From: a virus
Lineage: Duplodnaviria; Caudoviricetes
Direction: 5' to 3' (one strand)
Length of the DNA: 64,000 bases
IMG/VR virus record: IMGVR_UViG_3300017951_000001
Location: 12,255-76,254 of that record
In this document: positions 27,301 to 36,977 of the stretch, piece after piece
Layout of the letters: every line of letters begins with the position of its first letter
Numbering within the stretch: position 1 is the first letter of the stretch
Program-made: the position numbers and the translations under genes
The notes under the pieces: model-generated
The model's database searches: none
What the model was told of the DNA's origin: nothing
What the model saw: the letters and a program-made list of their open reading frames with translations, nothing else

Positions 27301-27316
27301 GGGGGCCGAAGCCCCC
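27301..27316. terminator. GC hairpin (TTCG loop on the minus strand), probable terminator
   Basis: GGGGGC-CGAA-GCCCCC. Confidence 0.55.
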
Positions 27317-27325
27317 TGTTTGATT

Positions 27326-27856
27326 TTACCTGATTTCGGAAATCAGGGTCTTCAAAATTTTCATGGTTTGTCCTTCGAGGCAAGTCTTGCACGTCACATT
27401 CTCGATTTCAGACGTACCTTTCTCCCGGGTTGCATTCCCGCACCCTTGAATCTGCGAATGCGGGAGAGCCAACCAAAGGTGAGTTAACCCTGGAACAGTA
27501 AATGTGGCCCCGTCGTATTCGAACGTGGTTAGTTCATTCGAACGCATCAGTTCGATAATCCATTCAGCCAACATTTCGATTTCTGTTCTGTCAACAGGGT
27601 CTCGAAAGATTCGTTGACCCAATGGAACAAGGCGACCGTGAGAATCACGGGGTTTTGAGGACAATACCTCCATCGCATCCAATGCCGCTTGTTGCGATTT
27701 GAAATTGTTGTGCCCCTTCACGGACTTTTGGCCCTGACCATTGCGACCACGTAGTCGAACAAGCCAAATATTTCGGTTGCGGTGGTAGTACGTCGCGTAA
27801 CGTCCGCACGAAGAATGAACTGGTGCGTATTGGCTGGTTTGAACGGCATTATTCAT
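27326..27856 (-). CDS. Hypothetical protein (N-terminal AP2/integrase-arm-like basic region, C-terminal H..C..CxxC)
   Basis: IWLVRLRGRNG..KGHNNFKSQQAA; HSQIQGC..CKTC. Confidence 0.55.
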   Translation of the reverse strand: MNNAVQTSQYAPVHSSCGRYATYYHRNRNIWLVRLRGRNGQGQKSVKGHNNFKSQQAALDAMEVLSSKPRDSHGRLVPLGQRIFRDPVDRTEIEMLAEWIIELMRSNELTTFEYDGATFTVPGLTHLWLALPHSQIQGCGNATREKGTSEIENVTCKTCLEGQTMKILKTLISEIR

Positions 27857-28313
27857 TGTTTGAGTCCTCATTTTCAAGCTGATCCGATCCGCTGGTCACC
27901 AACCCGAGCATCTTCTGAAGAAATGAAGTGATCAACGGTTGAATCATATTCATTGCAGCAGCGACAGCATGCGGGCGAAGCCGTTCGATAAGAATCGGTC
28001 GGCATGTGGGGGAATTCAACACCGCATGGATTAGCGCATTTCGATCGAAATCATCGTTTTCGAGAAGCGAAACCATGTCGCTGCCCATGGCGCGCGCTCG
28101 AAAGATGCTCCACAACCTTCCGTCATCAAGCTTTTCGATCACATACGAAGCAACGTCATCGTTCGAAATGAAGTTGCTGATGAATTCCTCGGTTCCGTAC
28201 TCGTCGATCACATCGCTCATATCAATGTCGACAGTGGTGTCGTACGGGATTTCTACCGTGATTGAAGTCCCGTACGGGATTTCAACCTCAACAAGGTTTC
28301 GGCTACCGCGCAT
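27849..28313 (-). CDS. Acidic hypothetical protein
   Basis: Leader ACAACCATGGAAGCAAA-ATG; protein-like. Confidence 0.6.
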   Translation of the reverse strand: MRGSRNLVEVEIPYGTSITVEIPYDTTVDIDMSDVIDEYGTEEFISNFISNDDVASYVIEKLDDGRLWSIFRARAMGSDMVSLLENDDFDRNALIHAVLNSPTCRPILIERLRPHAVAAAMNMIQPLITSFLQKMLGLVTSGSDQLENEDSNNE

Positions 28314-28477
28314 TTTGCTTCCATGGTTGTCGTAGTTGTTGGAAGTAAAGAGCCCTCCCCCCGGACAACCACGAAACCAAGGGGGAGGGCAAGTACTATG
28401 GGAACGATGTCACCTAACCGGCGGATCGGTCCCAGATGAAACGTAACCGGCCCCGGGTTGGACGTCAACGGGTAATT

Positions 28478-29863
28478 TTAACTGGTTGGACGCGTCTCCG
28501 GATACCAATTTAGTTGCGTCCAAGTCGTAGATAGGTCTGAATCGTCAATTACAACGCCGCCAACTAACGTAGTAAAGACCACCTGTTTCGTAACGACTGT
28601 TGGTATACCATCAATGTCAACGGTGGCAGTTAATCGACTTGCTTTGTTGAAGACTAGAATGGCTCTCCCGTCCGGATGCGGAAGTAAACGGCAATCAGTC
28701 CTTAACTTCAAATCGTTAACGATGTATCTGTCAATCTCGCGGTATGTGTCTACTTCGCTGACGGTTAGAGTTAAATCTGCGAAAGGATCAACACCAGCTT
28801 GAGTAAGCACACTCGAAGAGACGTTCGCAATTACTAAATTTTGAATTGTTTCAAAATAAAGGGTTTTTTGAGCATCGGTTGGAGGAGTGTTCGGGTCCAA
28901 ACCCGAAGAAACTGTCGCATCAGCAGTAGTAGTGTCAGAACTAGATACGTTGCGTGCTTTAGCACTGACAGTGTATGTGCCGGCTACGTCTGGAGTGAAA
29001 GTAAGTTGTGTTCCGAAGCCCGCGTAATTTCCAGAGCCGTAATCATAAACAGCTTCAACTTCGTAAGCAGCGAGTTCTCGGCTCCAAACAGCAACTTCGT
29101 CAATTACACCGTTGAACACAAGTCCAGCAGTACCGGGTTGTACCCCAAAGTTACCAATTCCAAGCGCAATTGGATTTGAGGACGCAATCGCCGTAAGAAA
29201 GTTCACATTGGCGACTTGCGAACCATTGACATACACCTTCGTTGAAGTACCGTTTGCAGCCCGCGTTACTGCAACATGGTTCCATTGACCCGCTGTCAAT
29301 GCAAAATTGCTTCCGATTCCAGATAGAGCAGAACCAGTACCAACGATCAACGTATACTGATTCGAGTTCGCTCCTCCATTCTGGATGATTGCATAACCGT
29401 TGTTCGTAAGGTTCGACTTGGAAATAATGATCGCATTCGCGTCAGGTTGACTTGCATCGGGCTTGACCCACATCGAGAAGCTGAACGCATCGGCGGAAAC
29501 AAAGTCGAATCCAGCCGTTCCAAACGTGATGGTGTCGGTGTTGTCGTTTCGAACAAAATTATAAGCGTACGACCCAACCTTTCCCGTTGTTTGGGCCGCT
29601 CCCGATACAGTTCCATTTCGGGTATTCCCCGAACTATCATTAGCATTACCTTCAAAATGCCAAAGACCTTCGTTATCGGTCATATCCAATTCGAATGTGT
29701 TGTTCGCTGCGTTGTCCGGAAGCGCTATTGAACCATTCGCGATGGACGAACCTCCGGGTACTGAACTCCAACTCCACGACAGAATCTGTGCAGTTGAATT
29801 TGTTCCCGAAAATGAAGCTGACGATCCAACTATCGCCGAAATGTCGTCAACAACAGCAGTCAT
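28478..29863 (-). CDS. Virion/tail protein with LamG (concanavalin A-like) domain, paralog A
   Basis: GLWHFEG, FSFSMWVKP, GQWNHVAVTR, FNGVIDEVAVWSREL. Confidence 0.8.
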   Translation of the reverse strand: MTAVVDDISAIVGSSASFSGTNSTAQILSWSWSSVPGGSSIANGSIALPDNAANNTFELDMTDNEGLWHFEGNANDSSGNTRNGTVSGAAQTTGKVGSYAYNFVRNDNTDTITFGTAGFDFVSADAFSFSMWVKPDASQPDANAIIISKSNLTNNGYAIIQNGGANSNQYTLIVGTGSALSGIGSNFALTAGQWNHVAVTRAANGTSTKVYVNGSQVANVNFLTAIASSNPIALGIGNFGVQPGTAGLVFNGVIDEVAVWSRELAAYEVEAVYDYGSGNYAGFGTQLTFTPDVAGTYTVSAKARNVSSSDTTTADATVSSGLDPNTPPTDAQKTLYFETIQNLVIANVSSSVLTQAGVDPFADLTLTVSEVDTYREIDRYIVNDLKLRTDCRLLPHPDGRAILVFNKASRLTATVDIDGIPTVVTKQVVFTTLVGGVVIDDSDLSTTWTQLNWYPETRPTS

Positions 29864-31089
29864 TAATCTTCTTCCCCGGCTACGAAAGACCCGCTAAAAA
29901 AGTAGCTATCGACCACAGTATTTGTTGGCGACCACATGAAGACATTGGGCTTACTCGTGTCCGCCGCCGAGATCACAGCGTCGGCGGTGACGCTGTCGGA
30001 GCCCCACAAGCTGTTCGCCTCTGCTTCGACGGTGTAGGTGCCCGCCACGTCTTGGGTGAACGTGAGGGTCTCGCCGAAGCCCGCATAGGTGCCGTTCCCG
30101 TAGTCGTAGACCGTCTCGACTTCTAGCGGCGTCAGCTCGCGAGACCACACGCAGAACTCGTCAATGTCCCCGTTGAACGCCAATGCCGCCTGGGGGACCG
30201 CCGAGAAGTTGCCGATCCCGAGAGTAATCCCACCCGAGGACGCGATCGTCGTCAGGGTCGACACGTCCGTCACGAGTACGTTGTTGACGTAGATTCTCGT
30301 TTGTGCGCCGTTCGCGCTTCTCGTCACGCAGACGTGATTCCAGGTGCCCGCCGTCAGTGCGAAGTTGACCCCGGTTCCTGATAGGCCACCTCCGGTGCCT
30401 ACAATGAGGCTATACAGGTTGGAGTTCGCGCCTCCGTTCTGGAACAGAGCATAACCGGTCGTTGAAAAGTTGGTTTTGCCGAAGAGAACCGCGTTCGCTC
30501 CAGGCTGCGAGGCATCCGGCTTGACCCACATCGAGAAGCTAAACGCATCGGCGGAAACGAAGTCGAAACCTGCGGATCCGAACGTGATAACGTCGGTGCT
30601 GTCAGCATGGGCGAAAGCGTAGGCGTTTGACCCGACCTTTCCGGTGGTCTGGACCGCTCCCGAAACAGTGCCATTCCGCCCGTTGCCGCTGCTGTCGTTC
30701 GCGTCTCCTTCAAAGTGGTAGAGACCCTCGTTGTCCGCCATCGAGAGATCAAGGGTGTTGCTGACACTGTTGTCGGGAAGCGGGATCGGCGCGTTCGCAA
30801 TGGCCGACCCACCCGGCACAGAAGTCCAGGCCCACGAGAGGATCGTATCTGCGGGTCCGGTCGTCCCCGAGCCGTCGAAGGTCGCGGGGGTGCCGACAGT
30901 GCCGGTGATGTCTGGCACGACAGCGACCGGCGGGTCAGGCGGGGTGTACCCGACCAGCGTGGCAAGCTGCGCCGCGAGACCCGCCTCGTCGGGTTGGTAA
31001 CCTGCAATAAGCGAGACTTGTGCCGTGATCCCCGCTTCGTCGAGTTGGTAGCCCGCGAGGAGCGAGACTTGTGAAGTATCGTCAGACAC
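29863..31089 (-). CDS. Virion/tail protein with PKD-like + LamG domain, paralog B
   Basis: GTPATFDGSG, GLYHFEG, FSFSMWVKP, WNHVCVTR, FNGDIDEFCVWSREL. Confidence 0.8.
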   Translation of the reverse strand: MSDDTSQVSLLAGYQLDEAGITAQVSLIAGYQPDEAGLAAQLATLVGYTPPDPPVAVVPDITGTVGTPATFDGSGTTGPADTILSWAWTSVPGGSAIANAPIPLPDNSVSNTLDLSMADNEGLYHFEGDANDSSGNGRNGTVSGAVQTTGKVGSNAYAFAHADSTDVITFGSAGFDFVSADAFSFSMWVKPDASQPGANAVLFGKTNFSTTGYALFQNGGANSNLYSLIVGTGGGLSGTGVNFALTAGTWNHVCVTRSANGAQTRIYVNNVLVTDVSTLTTIASSGGITLGIGNFSAVPQAALAFNGDIDEFCVWSRELTPLEVETVYDYGNGTYAGFGETLTFTQDVAGTYTVEAEANSLWGSDSVTADAVISAADTSKPNVFMWSPTNTVVDSYFFSGSFVAGEED

Positions 31090-31097
31090 TTGGCCCC

Positions 31098-32342
31098 CTA
31101 CACGACGAACTTGATCCCGATCTGGGGAAAGTCAGTCACAATACCTGTTCTTGTCCATGCTGCATCGGTATCGGGTCGGGTGTTCCACTCTGCTACCTCG
31201 AAGCCGTAAGAACTGCCAAGCGCCTGCCGATCCGAATAGTAGACCGTCCCACCAGAACTACGCAACGACAGGTTGACCCCGTCGATACCCGTGAGCGACG
31301 ACTGCGCAAAGGCTGCACCTGCCACTAGAGTTACCTCGGTGCTTGTCGGGATCTGCGTGCTTGCGTTGTTGGTGTAGGTGTCTTCCTGATTCGCCGCCGT
31401 TGCCTCGTTGAAAGTTGCGGTGACTGCTGGAATATCGTCGACGTTTTCCCAATTGTTGGCACTGCCTGTAGGCGTCAGCCCGGACAATGTTCCCGCCCCG
31501 GTCGGCTTGACGGCAACGATGAACTCATTCCCCATTCGGCCCGAATTAGGTTCGAGGCCCCCGACAAAAGCCGCTGTAGGGGCGTCGACAACTGCCGCGA
31601 ACGTGCCGCCGTCAGAGAGGGTGTCGTTGTTCGTGAATGTGCCCGACGGCTTAGCGATTGTAAGGACTCCGCTCGTCGCGTCGCCCTCGTAGCCCTGGAT
31701 GGTCGCTGTCTGCCCGCCGCCAGCGGTCAAGGTGTTGCCCGCAACGGGGACGCCGCCTGTGCCTCCGTCGTACCGGAGAGTCAAGCTGTTGACCCCGACA
31801 TCGTCAAAGTACGCACTGGTGCCGTCCCCGAAACCGCTGCGTTGCGCTGTGCCAGCACCAGCCACAGCCCCAGAGTAGTCGATAATTTGCACGCCATCGA
31901 TCCAGACCTTCACGTAGCCTGCCGAAGCGTGATGGTAGACCTCGGCTTCCATTAGATACCAAGTGTCCTCGGACGGAGTAAACGACGAAGTCTCAAGAAC
32001 TCCACTGGAATCTTCGACAAGAATCAGGCCAAGGTTGTTTGAACCAATCAACAACACGTCAGAAAAGCTTGACGTATACGTGTAGAACCACAAGTCTGAA
32101 AACGCCGATTCGTACCGAATGCCGCTCTTGATGAAGTAATGATCAGTTGCGACAGGCCAAAGCGGAGAGCGCCACTCTCCAGAGTTGGATCGCCAGTGAT
32201 ATGTTCCGCCGTTCCCGTTGGCATCTTGTCGGGGGTACGTGGTGATAATTTGTGCTCCTGTTTGCGTGCGACTCCAACCGGCGATCAAAGCCTGATCGGT
32301 GCTGCCGGCGATCTCTGAAATATCAAAAACGATCCTTGCCAT
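31098..32342 (-). CDS. Virion structural protein (concanavalin-like beta-sandwich)
   Basis: DTWYLME..GYVKVWIDGVQII..AYFDDV; G/T/S-rich; tail module. Confidence 0.65.
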   Translation of the reverse strand: MARIVFDISEIAGSTDQALIAGWSRTQTGAQIITTYPRQDANGNGGTYHWRSNSGEWRSPLWPVATDHYFIKSGIRYESAFSDLWFYTYTSSFSDVLLIGSNNLGLILVEDSSGVLETSSFTPSEDTWYLMEAEVYHHASAGYVKVWIDGVQIIDYSGAVAGAGTAQRSGFGDGTSAYFDDVGVNSLTLRYDGGTGGVPVAGNTLTAGGGQTATIQGYEGDATSGVLTIAKPSGTFTNNDTLSDGGTFAAVVDAPTAAFVGGLEPNSGRMGNEFIVAVKPTGAGTLSGLTPTGSANNWENVDDIPAVTATFNEATAANQEDTYTNNASTQIPTSTEVTLVAGAAFAQSSLTGIDGVNLSLRSSGGTVYYSDRQALGSSYGFEVAEWNTRPDTDAAWTRTGIVTDFPQIGIKFVV

Positions 32343-32650
32343 TATCCGATCTCCTCGGGTTTCGCTGGGAAACCCATGATCCGGAGGAAATGAGCCCGCG
32401 CCTCATCAACCGTCTGCGACGTCCAATCCGCCGGAGCCTGGACGCCGGGCATCAGGCCAACGAGTACCGTCCCCTCGGAGGCTGAGTATGCCCGGCAGAC
32501 CATCGACGGCAGAAGGTGCGGCACAAGCGGAGACCCGGTCGCAGGACCAAGATAACCCTCTCTCACCAATACCGGATTGTCAGGGTCGGTCCAATCTATT
32601 TCGACCATTTGTTCCAGTCGCGGAGCAATATACCAATCTCGATGGGCCAT
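32342..32650 (-). CDS. Hypothetical protein, tail module
   Basis: Translationally coupled on both sides. Confidence 0.6.
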   Translation of the reverse strand: MAHRDWYIAPRLEQMVEIDWTDPDNPVLVREGYLGPATGSPLVPHLLPSMVCRAYSASEGTVLVGLMPGVQAPADWTSQTVDEARAHFLRIMGFPAKPEEIG

Positions 32651-33084
32651 TAAGACCTCCGGTAAGCAAAAACTGTGACTGTGTCAGTGCCGACCGATGG
32701 GCCGCCGAGAAAGCTCACACGCATATAACGGCCGCGCACCGGGACAGTTACCGCATAATGCAATTGCGTCCCGCTAAATGCGTCAGCGGCTACAATCTTG
32801 TAAGTGTATTGGTCAACTTGGGGTGGCGTTGCAGTCGTGTCCAACGATTCGACGACTACAGGAAAAGCACGAGTGCCGTCGTCGGAGTGATCGATGTAAA
32901 CCGTCAAGTCAGTAACACTCTGTTGGTTGGCAACAACGAACAGAAAATCAACTTGCCGAAAACCCCTTACCTCAATCCAACTTGAATCGGTTGCTGTAGA
33001 CGGGAAAGCTGCCGATGCAAAGACTTCAGTTGCAGTCTCATTACCATGCAGGCGCTCTAGTAAACTGAGTATTTGGTCATTCAC
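32650..33084 (-). CDS. Hypothetical beta-rich protein, tail module
   Basis: Protein-like, coupled; ends GRYMRVSF..VTVFAY. Confidence 0.6.
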   Translation of the reverse strand: MNDQILSLLERLHGNETATEVFASAAFPSTATDSSWIEVRGFRQVDFLFVVANQQSVTDLTVYIDHSDDGTRAFPVVVESLDTTATPPQVDQYTYKIVAADAFSGTQLHYAVTVPVRGRYMRVSFLGGPSVGTDTVTVFAYRRS

Positions 33085-33152
33085 TGGTCAGCCCCTACCG
33101 GATGCTATCATTCAGAAGACTTTGAAACCATAACGTAATTTCATATTATCTT

Positions 33153-33674
33153 TCAAGAAGCTTGTTTGTGAGTTTTGTTTTTTCGCTTTCGAAGTCGAGC
33201 ACGGCGATGTGCCACCCGAACCGTGCATTGCCTTGAACAATATTTGCTGTTCTTTCTTGCTGTAGAATTGCAAGGCGGCCATGCACAAGCGATTTCTGTT
33301 GGATTTGCCGGTTGTGCCCAAATAACCTGCAAAGCCGGGTCCATATCGCCCACACAAAAATCATGGCCTGGAATCCGCACACGCAGCGTTTCAACATTCG
33401 ATTCACGTTGCTTCATTTGTTGCAACAACCGCTCGCGACGGACCCGATCTTCTTCTTCGATGATTCGTTGTTGTTCCTGCTGTTCTCGCAAGAGCTTGTT
33501 TCTTTCTTCTTCTTCATCAACGAATTGTTCTTGGTAATTGTTTACGAAAGAAGTGATTTCTGCTTCGCCGTACAACCGCCACCCGCATGTCCTGCACGAC
33601 AGGAAAACATTCATGTAAGTATTGTCAATGTAAACGGAGTTTCCTCCGCATTTACCGCACGGTGGCCTATGCAT
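33153..33674 (-). CDS. Zinc-finger/coiled-coil protein, possible regulator
   Basis: CGKCG..CRTCG, coiled coil, CAWPPC..YCSRQC followed by a basic tail. Confidence 0.6.
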   Translation of the reverse strand: MHRPPCGKCGGNSVYIDNTYMNVFLSCRTCGWRLYGEAEITSFVNNYQEQFVDEEEERNKLLREQQEQQRIIEEEDRVRRERLLQQMKQRESNVETLRVRIPGHDFCVGDMDPALQVIWAQPANPTEIACAWPPCNSTARKNSKYCSRQCTVRVAHRRARLRKRKNKTHKQAS

Positions 33675-35040
33675 TTAATTCCTCGTAGTACGATACCAAT
33701 CTAGATCGGAATACCGATTTGTTTTTTAGCATTCTCCACCCGGGACGCCTGCCGAAACGGTTCAAGGCCCAAGCGGTCTCGTCGATTATACAATCCGCGC
33801 CCAATTCAGTCAAAAACGATTCGATCATTCTGCCGATTTCAAGTAGCCATTCGTGAGTAAACACACAGCGGGAAAATTCAGCAGCATTCACCGGGCCTTT
33901 CAATTTCAACCATAATTGTAGTCCCGATGGACTGGTTTGAACCAATGCCCAAGAACCATCCAACCTTTCGAAAGTAGAAACAATGTTTCCGATGCACCTG
34001 ACAAATTCATCGCTAATCGAACGGATGGAACTTGAACTGTTGATTTTATCGATGTCGAACAGTACCCAACGCCTTGTTTTGCTTTCATAAGAGTCAGGTA
34101 TGTTGCGACCCGATTTCAACTTTCGCCAATAACTCGGTGTCATAGCCGTCGTGCTCACGAGCAAATCGGGCAAGAAGAATCGGAAGTGTTGATCCGGGTA
34201 TTGATTCGCTTTTACTTCAGCTTCGAGGGCTTCTTCGACGGCAGAATCTTCTTTCGATTTCGTTTCGGACCATTTGAGTATATCTACCAACGTTCTTCGG
34301 CTTTGATGTCTTCGCATGTACTTTGGAGTTAAACGACCCAACACATATCGACCGAGCATTTCGGGAGCCCAAGTCCAGATGGGGTAGTCACATATTATTT
34401 GATTTCTTTCAGATTCGCGGTTGTCGAATTTGTACTTGGGTTCTCGTGCGGCATCCTGATCTTGCCCGCACTTCTTTGCGAACCATTTATCGCCTTTCTT
34501 TCGCAATTGGGCTTTAAGGTAATTTCCATTGTTCATGCATACAAGGCATACGCCCAATGCCGATTCTGTTGAATCAAAGTTCACAATCATGCTCGGTATT
34601 GTGTCTTCATGCCAAGGGCACAATGCCATCCGACCTTGAATTTCGAGGGCCACCCAATCGAATTCAGATTCGAAATCGAATGCTCGCCCTAATCTTTTCA
34701 AGTGTTGTTCTGTTTCAATTATCTTTTCGATTGTTTGCAAGCTGAATATGAGGTGTTGACCATGGCGCATCCCGCGAGTCAATCGTCTTATTCTGAAACC
34801 GATGGCTTCAGCTTCGTCAAGCTTGACTCGTTTCCAATCGATGTTCGATTTGATTAAGTGCCATGCGTTGTGAGCACTTCCAATTGATGTGTTAGCCACA
34901 GTCGATATGTAGCTAATGGAAAGCTCACAGTAAGCCGTATCGTTGATCCGTTGGTGGCGAGCGGCCACAAACGAAAACCAACAATCAACGGCGCTTTTTA
35001 TTGCTCTTTTTCTGTCCAGCGTATCAACAAACTCGAACAT
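33667..35040 (-). CDS. Zn finger + AEP-type (RepB'-like) primase/prim-pol
   Basis: LCPWHED..CLVC; VLFDID; VQTSPSGLQLW resembles the ETSPGNxQxW motif of RepB'-type primases; RFGRRPG. Confidence 0.6.
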   Translation of the reverse strand: MFEFVDTLDRKRAIKSAVDCWFSFVAARHQRINDTAYCELSISYISTVANTSIGSAHNAWHLIKSNIDWKRVKLDEAEAIGFRIRRLTRGMRHGQHLIFSLQTIEKIIETEQHLKRLGRAFDFESEFDWVALEIQGRMALCPWHEDTIPSMIVNFDSTESALGVCLVCMNNGNYLKAQLRKKGDKWFAKKCGQDQDAAREPKYKFDNRESERNQIICDYPIWTWAPEMLGRYVLGRLTPKYMRRHQSRRTLVDILKWSETKSKEDSAVEEALEAEVKANQYPDQHFRFFLPDLLVSTTAMTPSYWRKLKSGRNIPDSYESKTRRWVLFDIDKINSSSSIRSISDEFVRCIGNIVSTFERLDGSWALVQTSPSGLQLWLKLKGPVNAAEFSRCVFTHEWLLEIGRMIESFLTELGADCIIDETAWALNRFGRRPGWRMLKNKSVFRSRLVSYYEELNA

Positions 35041-35155
35041 TCGTCAGGCACTCGGGGTTGTCATTACCACATATCTTGTTATTCCGCCCCGGGCAAATGC
35101 TCCATTCACAAATTCGAATTCAGTTCGAATGTGATAGTGTTTTGGAAGAAATCAT

Positions 35156-35227
35156 TGGGGCGTCGACAAGCGGTAAGTCATCGGGTTTTGATTCCGACAT
35201 TCGCAGGTTCGAATCCTGCCGCCCCAA
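35156..35227 (+). tRNA. tRNA-Gln (anticodon TTG)
   Basis: Acceptor TGGGGCG/CGCCCCA, anticodon stem TCGGG-TTTTGAT-TCCGA, T-arm GCAGG-TTCGAAT-CCTGC; no encoded CCA. Confidence 0.92.
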
Positions 35228-35229
35228 TT

Positions 35230-35302
35230 GAGTCGTTAGCTCAATCGGTAGAGCAACGGACTTTTAATCCGTTGGTTGAGGGTTCGATTCCCTCACGACT
35301 CA
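35230..35302 (+). tRNA. tRNA-Lys (anticodon TTT)
   Basis: Acceptor GAGTCGT/ACGACTC, D-arm GCTC/GAGC, anticodon ACGGA-CTTTTAA-TCCGT, GAGGGTTCGATTCCCTC. Confidence 0.95.
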
Positions 35303-35598
35303 CTTTTTGAATTTAGCTTCTGCACTTCGCGAAATTGTGAATGAGCTAAAACAGCAACCGCCGCACTTCCTAAAGCTCTTACGAAAGTAGAAGTTGTGAG
35401 TGGTTCTTGTTCGAATGCATCGACCAACGACCTGCATACGATAGCGATTACCAAAGAAATTGCTGGTAACCAATGCCGAATCTTTGAGAACGACTCATTT
35501 TTCTTTGTTGCTTTAGCGACAACGGAAGTCAATACCCAACAGATGATTGAAACAAGCGGATCTGTTTCATCAATTTCGGCTGCAATTTCGGTAGGCAT
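35293..35598 (-). CDS. Holin-like membrane protein
   Basis: 101 aa, 2-3 hydrophobic segments, charged C-terminus, downstream of the tail genes. Confidence 0.55.
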   Translation of the reverse strand: MPTEIAAEIDETDPLVSIICWVLTSVVAKATKKNESFSKIRHWLPAISLVIAIVCRSLVDAFEQEPLTTSTFVRALGSAAVAVLAHSQFREVQKLNSKSES

Positions 35599-35599
35599 A

Positions 35600-36013
35600 T
35601 TAAATTCTCTTTTTGATGTTATGAATTGCTACATCGCCGAGGAAAGTAAAAACGGTTTGTCCGATGCTTGAAATGACTCGGGCAGCCGCTTTTGCTTTTT
35701 GTTTCTCTGCTTGTTCTTCATCTTGCAATTGAATCGCAAGTTGGCTCAACGATTCCGCCGATGCTCCAGACGCTTTCAATTCTGCAATTGTTAGTGCGTC
35801 ACCTTCAATGACACTTACAATTTGAGCACTTACGCCCTCGATAATCGTTACTCCGTTCTTCTCGATTGATTCAGCGAAGATCCGAAACACAGTCGAAAGC
35901 AGAGGATCGTCCGACTTCTCGGAAATGGAGTACAAACCTTCACTCACCAGATCTGGCGCCTCTCTTTCGAGAATCCGACTGACTTCTTCTACCAAGTCTT
36001 TTTCAATCGGCAT
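35600..36013 (-). CDS. Hypothetical helical protein
   Basis: Coupled; likely start MPIEKD. Confidence 0.6.
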   Translation of the reverse strand: MPIEKDLVEEVSRILEREAPDLVSEGLYSISEKSDDPLLSTVFRIFAESIEKNGVTIIEGVSAQIVSVIEGDALTIAELKASGASAESLSQLAIQLQDEEQAEKQKAKAAARVISSIGQTVFTFLGDVAIHNIKKRI

Positions 36014-36383
36014 CTTTGACTCCGATAGCAATGCACCAATCTTTGGTATCAGGCATTACTAACGTAATGGGTCGAGGATCTGGTTGTTCACTTAAAGTTG
36101 AAGTGCCTTCTGTTGGATATGGCAAACCAGCCAACCACAAGCTCCGATAATGTTGAACTTGTGCGTATGTTTGAATGACCAGCGCTGGCTTTGCATAGAA
36201 AATGCACTCCTCAAGAGTCGATGCTTTCTTTGCTGCCACGAGCAGCGCTTGGGCTGCATCGGATTCACGGGACAACGACGCTGCAATCTCTGCCGTGTAC
36301 GTTTCAGCGTTCCGCATGACCTTTTTGGGAACACAACCCAAGCAAAAAACGAAACCAATCAAAGGTAACGTTAGTCTCATCAT
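36003..36383 (-). CDS. Lipoprotein (possible o-spanin-like)
   Basis: Signal MMRLTLPLIGFVFCLG-C lipobox; GGAG SD. Confidence 0.55.
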   Translation of the reverse strand: MMRLTLPLIGFVFCLGCVPKKVMRNAETYTAEIAASLSRESDAAQALLVAAKKASTLEECIFYAKPALVIQTYAQVQHYRSLWLAGLPYPTEGTSTLSEQPDPRPITLVMPDTKDWCIAIGVKDAD

Positions 36384-36733
36384 GGTTGCTCCTTTGAGAT
36401 GGCGACACTACTCCCATCAGGAGAAGTAATGAAAGTCTTGATTCCAACCATTGCTCCTACAATACCCATTCCGATAACTGCAACAGCAACAGTTGCCATA
36501 GAAGTCTTCATAATCGTTGAGTGCAAATCCGTTCGAAGTCGATCGACCGACTCGGACATCGCCGACATACCCCGGTCTACAGCTTCGGCCATGCGTTCGC
36601 TCTGTTTGTCCTGCGCCATCAACAAAGCTTCTGTCACGTCCTTCATGGGGTTCTCAACTGCCATTCGCAAAACGGCGGCCTCGGCATGAAGTCCTGATTC
36701 TTCTATTTTTTTCAGTGCGTCATCGGGTCGCAT
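36380..36733 (-). CDS. Coiled-coil protein with C-terminal TM
   Basis: ATVAVAVIGMGIVGAMVGI. Confidence 0.6.
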   Translation of the reverse strand: MRPDDALKKIEESGLHAEAAVLRMAVENPMKDVTEALLMAQDKQSERMAEAVDRGMSAMSESVDRLRTDLHSTIMKTSMATVAVAVIGMGIVGAMVGIKTFITSPDGSSVAISKEQP

Positions 36734-36977
36734 GGACTTTCCTCTCGTCTTTCAAATGAGAGTTGTCATTGCATCCCTTGATTGCCTTCAATGTTTGTTG
36801 TCGGACGGCTTCTCTGTCAAATGAAAGCGTTTGACAAGCAGCGCTCTTACCTTGCTCGATGCGTTGAAAAGCATTGAACCGGTTCTGTTGAGCCTTCTTG
36901 CACAGCCGAACATACAAAAAACCGAAAGCCAATGAGATGAAGACAGAAACAGAAAGAACAATCAGAATCTCAATCAT
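36720..36977 (-). CDS. Small protein with N-terminal TM (possible i-spanin-like)
   Basis: MIEILIVLSVSVFISLAFGFLY. Confidence 0.5.
   Translation of the reverse strand: MIEILIVLSVSVFISLAFGFLYVRLCKKAQQNRFNAFQRIEQGKSAACQTLSFDREAVRQQTLKAIKGCNDNSHLKDERKVHATR

Noticed and set aside
29461-30567. Diversity-generating retroelement (TR/VR) for the LamG duplicate
   Set aside because: No reverse transcriptase is present, both copies are coding, and the identity patch is in a conserved core rather than a C-terminal variable region.
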